In this document: positions 17,274 through 21,157 of the stretch, piece after piece
Numbering within the stretch: the first letter of the stretch is position 1
Layout: every line of letters starts with the position of its first letter
IMG/VR virus record: IMGVR_UViG_3300045988_005619
Coordinates: 1 to 21,157 of that record
Strand: one strand, 5' to 3'
Length of the DNA: 21,157 nt
Source: a virus
Position numbers and translations under genes: made by a program
Notes under the pieces: model-generated
The model's input: only the letters and a program-made list of their open reading frames with translations
What the model was told of the DNA's origin: nothing
Databases searched by the model: none

Positions 17274-17297
17274 GAGGTTGAAAAGCCTCTTTTTTTT
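17272..17297 (+). terminator. Rho-independent terminator
   Basis: AAGAGG (17272-17277), loop TTGAAAAG, then CCTCTT (17286-17291), running into a T tract that ends at 17297. Confidence 0.65.
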
Positions 17298-17351
17298 GAC
17301 ATTTATATGATATTAATACGGAAACAAATTGAGATTGACCCTGAATATAAT
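17296..17351 (+). promoter_or_regulatory. Candidate promoter region for the accessory cassette
   Basis: A perfect TTGACA lies at 17296-17301 and a perfect TATAAT at 17346-17351. They are 44 nt apart, so they cannot belong to one sigma-A promoter. Each lacks a good partner at 16-18 nt. Confidence 0.2.
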
Positions 17352-17375
17352 TAGGGGTGTAAAGAGGTGATAGAA

Positions 17376-17801
17376 ATGTATAATCCAATCAATGACAGAA
17401 TTAACAATTTAATGAATCAAAAGCAGATGATTGAATCACAATTACAAAACATTCAACAATTAGCTAACATTCCACCTATTAATATTAACAATCAAATCAC
17501 GCCTAATATGGCATTGAATGATTTCAATGGAAAATGGGTCAACAATGAGCAAGAAGCAAGAAATATGATGGTGAATGGTTTGCCTAGTATTATGCTAGAT
17601 AGAAATGATTCAGTATTCTATATGAAGTCATTAGACGGCAGTTTCAAAAAATACAGATTCCAAGAAGAAACAGAGCCAAAGAAAGACAATATAGAACAAC
17701 GCTTAGACAAGCTAGAAGCTATGATATTAGGCTTAACAAACGGAAATAATATAAATACAATGGCAGAGAAAGAAACACATAGAAAGGAGCTTAAAGCGTG
17801 A
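17376..17801 (+). CDS. Unknown protein: N-terminal coiled-coil, P/N/I-rich linker, small beta-rich domain
   Basis: ATG at 17376 lies 6 nt after GAGGTG (17364-17369). It is the first gene after the terminator. It has no TM segment and no signal peptide. Confidence 0.5.
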   Translation: MYNPINDRINNLMNQKQMIESQLQNIQQLANIPPININNQITPNMALNDFNGKWVNNEQEARNMMVNGLPSIMLDRNDSVFYMKSLDGSFKKYRFQEETEPKKDNIEQRLDKLEAMILGLTNGNNINTMAEKETHRKELKA

Positions 17802-18007
17802 ATCCTTTAATGAATATGATGAACCCTCAACAGATGTTATTGGGTATGTTACAACAAAGAAATCCACAAGCATTTAATCAAGTACAACAATTAATGCGAA
17901 GTGGACAGAATCCCCAAGTATTGCTTAACAATATGATGGGGCAACTAACGCCACAACAGAAACAACAGTTTGAAAATGTGGCTTATCAGTATGGGCTAAA
18001 ACGCTAA
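17798..18007 (+). CDS. Q/N/M-rich 69-aa protein of unknown function
   Basis: GTG at 17798 lies 8 nt after AAAGGAG (17783-17789) and overlaps the upstream stop as GTGA. It contains two internal NPQ...LL..M repeats. Confidence 0.5.
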   Translation: MNPLMNMMNPQQMLLGMLQQRNPQAFNQVQQLMRSGQNPQVLLNNMMGQLTPQQKQQFENVAYQYGLKR

Positions 18008-18031
18008 TTGCGTTGAAAGGAGGAAATATAA

Positions 18032-18643
18032 ATGGAAAGCATGAATGGTATTCAACCAATGTACGATTTAGCAGACAGAAACAACAATGAATGGGGTAGT
18101 GGAAATTGGATTTGGATTATCCTTTTATTCTTCCTGTTTGGTGGAAATTGGGGTAACAATGGCAACCTACAGAATGACGCATTAATGAATCAAGAATTCA
18201 TTAAACGTGATTTATTCAACACAAATCAGAATGTATCTAGCCAAGGTTACCAAAATTCAAGAGATATCTTAGAAAGCCGATACACTACACAATTAGGTTT
18301 ACAGAATCTAGGTCAACAGAGCCAAGAGTGTTGTTGTACAACACAAAGAGCGATTGATGGTGTAAACGCGCAAAGCTTTAAGAATACGTGCGATATTACA
18401 ACTGCAATTCACTCGGAAGCCGAAGCAACAAGAGCATTAATTAATGCTAACACAATGCAAGAGTTGCGTGATAAATTAGCGGATAGAGATCGAGAGCTAT
18501 TGACTACTAATTTCCAATTGAGTCAACAAGCGCAATCTGCGAATATCATTAATACATTGCAACCAACGCCAAAACCTGCATATCTTACTTGTTCACCTTA
18601 TTACGCATACAATATGACAGGTTGCGGATGCAATCAAATCTAG
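18032..18643 (+). CDS. Single-pass membrane protein with a Q/N-rich coiled region and Cys clusters (CCC, GCGC); function unknown
   Basis: ATG lies after AAAGGAGGAAA. The hydrophobic segment NWIWIILLFFLFGG is at about 18100-18145. TGT TGT TGT lies at 18329-18337. The C-terminus is LTCSPYYAYNMTGCGCNQI. Confidence 0.55.
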   Translation: MESMNGIQPMYDLADRNNNEWGSGNWIWIILLFFLFGGNWGNNGNLQNDALMNQEFIKRDLFNTNQNVSSQGYQNSRDILESRYTTQLGLQNLGQQSQECCCTTQRAIDGVNAQSFKNTCDITTAIHSEAEATRALINANTMQELRDKLADRDRELLTTNFQLSQQAQSANIINTLQPTPKPAYLTCSPYYAYNMTGCGCNQI

Positions 18644-18678
18644 CTCGAAAGAGATTAGGCAATAGCCTTTGGATTATA

Positions 18679-18708
18679 GGGTAGTCGAAAGGCTACCCGT
18701 TTATTTTA
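18679..18708 (+). terminator. Rho-independent terminator or attenuator inside the accessory cassette
   Basis: GGGTAGTC (18679-18686), GAAA tetraloop, then GGCTACCC (18691-18698), followed by GTTTATTTTA. Confidence 0.55.
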
Positions 18709-18725
18709 TATAGGAGGAAAAGAAA

Positions 18726-19145
18726 ATGATTAATAGTATAGCAACGGCAATTCAGACTGTATCAAATGGACAAAATGTATTATTTCCAACAGATAGAGTA
18801 AGAACAAAATCTTGTCAATGTGCTTGTAAAGGTTGGCTTGCTCATGATGTAGGTAGTGGACTATTTACATTGACAAAACAAGGAATTTATGAAGTAGAAT
18901 ATACGGCAGATATTACAAGTGAAACAGTAGGAGTTGCTTCTTTAGAATTGGAACAGAACGGAGAAGCAGTAGGAGGAACAGAATCTTCATATAATGTAGC
19001 TACTGTGAGTGCATATGGAAATGTAAGTGGAGTTACATTGATTCAAGTACCTTGTGGAGCTTCTTACACCATCACATTGGTAAATAATAGTGGCTTAGAT
19101 TTATCTGTTCAGAATGCGAATATCATCATTAAGAAATTAGCGTAG
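18726..19145 (+). CDS. BclA C-terminal-domain-like (TNF/C1q-like jelly-roll) protein without a collagen region
   Basis: ATG lies after TAGGAGGAAAAG. The pattern is IQTVSNGQNVLFPT...GSGLFTLTKQGIYEVEYTADITS...ASLELEQNGEAVGGTES...LIQVPCGASYTITLVNNSG...NANIIIKKL. This matches the exosporium BclA/BclB C-terminal domain layout that I recall from Bacillus and Clostridium. Confidence 0.5.
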   Translation: MINSIATAIQTVSNGQNVLFPTDRVRTKSCQCACKGWLAHDVGSGLFTLTKQGIYEVEYTADITSETVGVASLELEQNGEAVGGTESSYNVATVSAYGNVSGVTLIQVPCGASYTITLVNNSGLDLSVQNANIIIKKLA

Positions 19146-19152
19146 GTGTATC

Positions 19153-19590
19153 ATGCAAGAGGTTAGAAAAAGGAATCTAGACCTCTTAACGGAAGCTATG
19201 AGAGGACTAGAAAAAGGATACAATGATTTAGATTTTAGAGTTATGAGCCAAGCTTTAGACAATATCAAAGACATTGATACAATACTAGCTATGAGTGATG
19301 GAAGAACGGCTATAAATTCATTAAAAACAAATGATACAGATATTGAAGGAACGGAAATTGATGACAATATCGCATTAATGAATAATCATTTCAGAAAATA
19401 TATAGAAGCTAAAAAAGAATATCGAAAAGATAACAATGAAATTGATAAGCGGACTTCTATTCGTGAATTAGAAGCTTTTCTTAGTGCTATGTATGGAATT
19501 TTGGAAGAAATGAAAACGTCTAGCGATTTTCAAGAAGAAAGAGAAATGGTAAGAGATAAATTAAGAGAAATGTTCTCAGTATATCAGTGA
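19153..19590 (+). CDS. Acidic, all-helical cytoplasmic protein of unknown function
   Basis: ATG lies after TAGGTG. The protein is 145 aa with no TM segment. It is the last gene of the cassette before a strong terminator. Confidence 0.5.
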   Translation: MQEVRKRNLDLLTEAMRGLEKGYNDLDFRVMSQALDNIKDIDTILAMSDGRTAINSLKTNDTDIEGTEIDDNIALMNNHFRKYIEAKKEYRKDNNEIDKRTSIRELEAFLSAMYGILEEMKTSSDFQEEREMVRDKLREMFSVYQ

Positions 19591-19597
19591 TAAAAAA

Positions 19598-19640
19598 CCT
19601 CTTTTATGTGCTATAATTGGTACATAAAGGAGGATTTTTA
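19598..19640 (+). terminator. Strong rho-independent terminator (14-bp stem)
   Basis: CCTCTTTTATGTGC (19598-19611) pairs with GTACATAAAGGAGG (19620-19633), including 2 G-U pairs. The loop is TATAATTG, and ATTTTTA follows. Confidence 0.7.
19609..19617 (+). promoter_or_regulatory. Extended -10 element TGCTATAAT embedded in the terminator loop; candidate endolysin promoter
   Basis: The TGnTATAAT consensus is matched exactly at 19609-19617. There is no convincing -35, which an extended -10 element can tolerate. Confidence 0.3.
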
Positions 19641-19735
19641 ATAAATTATATTGTCTGATTCAGATAAAGAAAAGTTAGTCGAAACTAGAAATGAAATTCA
19701 AGATTTCTTAGTTAAAAAATTAGGAGGTATAATTC

Positions 19736-19840
19736 ATGGAAGAAAAAGAAGTGAAATTTGAAGAATTATCAAAAGAAGCTCAATCAGAGTTGAGTAACGG
19801 GAAAGAAGAAGGTGAAGATGAATATCATACTCAAGCTTAA
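19736..19840 (+). CDS. 34-aa highly acidic peptide of unknown function
   Basis: ATG at 19736 lies 8 nt after TTAGGAGGT. The product is MEEKEVKFEELSKEAQSELSNGKEEGEDEYHTQA. Its 3' end overlaps the proposed endolysin start by 19 nt. Confidence 0.4.
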   Translation: MEEKEVKFEELSKEAQSELSNGKEEGEDEYHTQA

Positions 19841-20919
19841 CAAATAAATATATTCCTGCTAGTGCAGATAACTATATGCGAGGACGTGGTGGATATAAAG
19901 TATGTAAAATTACACCACACCACATGGCGTGTCAGTGGAGTGCCGAAAGATGTGCTCAATCATTCCAAGTAAGTGGAAGAATGGCTAGTGCAAACTATTG
20001 TATCGGGTCAGATGGAACGATTGTTTCGAATGTTGATGAAGAAAATAGAGCGTGGACATCATCAAATTATTATAATGATTGCCAAGCTATTACGATTGAA
20101 GTTGCAAATGAAACGTGTGCGCCTAATTGGACTATCTCGACTAAAGCATGGAATGCATTGGTAAATTTATGTGTCGATATTTGTAAGAGATACGGATTTA
20201 GATTAAATTACACAGGAAACGCAAATGGAAGTTTGACAGAGCATAGAATGTTTGCAAGTACAAGTTGCCCAGGTCCTTTCCTACACGATAGAATGCCTCA
20301 ATTAGCACAAGAAGTAAATGCTAGATTAGATGGTCAGACTGTAGCACCAAGCGCTCCTAGCACTCCAAGCGCTCCAAGTGGTGAAAAGTATTCAGTCGGT
20401 ACACCTATCTGCACAAATACATTAAGCGTTAACTGCTACGGAACTTCTAAAATCTTAAAAGGGGATTGGAGCGGTTCGATCGGTAGAGTAATTAAAGGTG
20501 CTAAATATCCATATCGTATTGATCGTAATGGGGTAGCGATTGGATGGACAAATGATGTGGGTATTGATACAGACCCTCATACACCAGTTGGAACAACACA
20601 GTCTAGCTCAGAATCTATCGACCAAATCTTGCATGAAGGAAGCTATGTTACATCTGTACATATGAAAATCGGCAATCAAGGCTTAAAGAAGATTGGTGAT
20701 GATTTATGCTGCTACTTATCTCAATTAGGCGGTTGGTTTCCAATTCGTATGGTAGACAAAGTGCCAAATTCAGATGGATATAATGACAATGTATTGCACA
20801 CCACAAATGCAGTTGTCTATGTAACTAGAATAAGAGTTGATGCGGTCAATGTTCAAAAGAATATTGTTAAAATTGGCGGTATTTGGGTTGACCCAACACC
20901 ATTAACAGAAATTGCGTAA
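19822..20919 (+). CDS. Endolysin: N-acetylmuramoyl-L-alanine amidase (amidase_2/PGRP type) with a Pro/Ser linker and C-terminal SH3b-like wall-binding domains
   Basis: It carries the motifs ITPHHMA, ASANYCIG, ENRAWTS, ITIEVANE and EHRMFASTSCPGP. The linker is APSAPSTPSAPSG (about 20344-20382). ATA at 19822 is the first codon after an in-frame TGA and lies 7 nt after AAGGTG (19809-19814). It restores the usual N-terminal segment (M)SYSSLTNKYIPASADNYMRGRGG. The ATG at 19876 has no SD. Confidence 0.8.
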   Translation: MSYSSLTNKYIPASADNYMRGRGGYKVCKITPHHMACQWSAERCAQSFQVSGRMASANYCIGSDGTIVSNVDEENRAWTSSNYYNDCQAITIEVANETCAPNWTISTKAWNALVNLCVDICKRYGFRLNYTGNANGSLTEHRMFASTSCPGPFLHDRMPQLAQEVNARLDGQTVAPSAPSTPSAPSGEKYSVGTPICTNTLSVNCYGTSKILKGDWSGSIGRVIKGAKYPYRIDRNGVAIGWTNDVGIDTDPHTPVGTTQSSSESIDQILHEGSYVTSVHMKIGNQGLKKIGDDLCCYLSQLGGWFPIRMVDKVPNSDGYNDNVLHTTNAVVYVTRIRVDAVNVQKNIVKIGGIWVDPTPLTEIA

Positions 20920-21046
20920 AGTATAAAAATAACACATATAAGTGTCAAAATTGTACAAAATGTGCAAAAATTACAATTAAATATCAATAAAAGTGTCATA
21001 ATTTAAAAAAATGACACAAAACCTTCAACTATTTTTTGTATATTTT

Positions 21047-21070
21047 AGCCTATGATTAAGTTCATAGGCT
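21047..21070. repeat. 9-bp perfect inverted repeat AGCCTATGA / TCATAGGCT with a 6-nt loop
   Basis: Read directly from the sequence. Neither strand has a flanking T tract. Confidence 0.5.
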
Positions 21071-21087
21071 CAGACTGTTGACAAAGT

Positions 21088-21106
21088 GACTGTCGACAGT
21101 CTTTTT
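21088..21106 (+). terminator. Palindrome GACTGTCGACAGTC followed by TTTTT; probable terminator of the late/lysis transcript
   Basis: A perfect 14-nt palindrome lies at 21088-21101, followed by T5. The upstream AGACTGT (21073-21079) could instead pair with ACAGTCT (21096-21102). Confidence 0.45.
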
Positions 21107-21157
21107 AAAATCTGATAGAATATCTGTGGCAGAAACGTACTTCATAAACCCAAAAAT

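Larger units (their letters stand above)
1..21157 (+). mobile_element. Late region (packaging, head, tail, lysis) of a siphovirus-like phage or prophage
   Basis: Co-linear + strand order terS, terL, portal, scaffold, MCP, connectors, MTP, chaperones, TMP, Dit, Tal-like, holin, endolysin. Gene junctions are tight or overlapping, and Firmicute-type AAGGAGG ribosome-binding sites are used throughout. Confidence 0.9.

Noticed and set aside
17296-17320. A perfect TTGACA right after the terminator, as the -35 of a canonical promoter
   Set aside because: No acceptable -10 hexamer lies 16-18 nt downstream. The nearest A/T-rich hexamers are 9-12 nt away. It is kept only as a low-confidence regulatory region.
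19137-19367. 76-aa minus-strand ORF
   Set aside because: It is antisense to 19153..19590, with no SD, and would run against an otherwise unidirectional operon.
19627-19761. AAGGAGG at 19627-19633 as the RBS for an ORF starting at ATA 19648 or TTG 19651 (about 37 aa)
   Set aside because: The AAGGAGG is the 3' arm of a 14-bp terminator stem. The spacing to the candidate starts is 14-17 nt. The ORF also overlaps the much better supported 19736 ORF out of frame.
380-19824. Idea that the ATA starts are really ATG, with a modified 7-deazaguanine base miscalled as A
   Set aside because: The sequence context is not consistent. ATGGCA is retained at 854 and 4752, while ATAGCA occurs at 3975 and 10581. 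At 3975 and 14625 the A is also required as part of the upstream TAG stop. It still deserves a read-level check.
19973-20164. 63-aa + strand ORF in an alternative frame inside the endolysin gene
   Set aside because: It lies entirely within the conserved amidase domain coding region, and it has no SD and no recognisable features.
20920-21157. tRNA gene or attB-type tRNA fragment in the terminal non-coding region
   Set aside because: There is no GTTCGAAT-like T-arm and no cloverleaf-compatible stem arrangement. The hairpins present are simple perfect palindromes.

Overview
The window is AT-rich and almost entirely + strand coding. It reads as the late (packaging, head, tail, lysis) region of a siphovirus-type temperate phage or prophage from a low-GC Firmicute, probably Clostridia-like. 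All family names come from motif recognition by eye, since no database search was possible.

Gene order:
- QueF-like T-fold protein, then a QueT-like transporter
- small terminase, then a large terminase whose reading frame is broken
- portal
- a four-gene tail-fibre/XkdX-type cassette followed by a terminator
- SPP1 gp7-like minor capsid protein, GP20-type scaffold, major capsid protein
- four head-tail joining proteins
- major tail protein, two tail chaperones (the second Gp15-like), tape measure, Dit, and a short Gp37-like Tal
- holin, then a sigma-70 region-4-like HTH protein
- a terminator-bounded cassette of five unknown genes
- a tiny acidic ORF, then an amidase_2 endolysin
- an AT-rich, repeat-rich end region

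No tRNA, rRNA, CRISPR array, integrase or transposase is visible.

Most notable observations:
1. Eight genes appear to start at ATA, placed at ideal spacing from strong Shine-Dalgarno sites. They are QueT, portal, fibre protein, major capsid, major tail, tape measure, Dit and endolysin.
2. Holin and endolysin are separated by about 2.8 kb. This stretch holds an accessory cassette with its own terminators. It encodes a coiled-coil protein, a Q/N/M-rich miniprotein, a Cys-rich membrane protein, a BclA-C-terminal-like protein and an acidic helical protein.
3. The receptor-binding/fibre cassette sits in the head module instead of after the baseplate.
4. The terL frame is broken exactly at the Walker A motif, in a GGT-TAG-GC context next to an SD-like GGGAGG.
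5. A 7-deazaguanine (queuosine precursor) salvage-like gene pair lies just upstream of the terminase genes.
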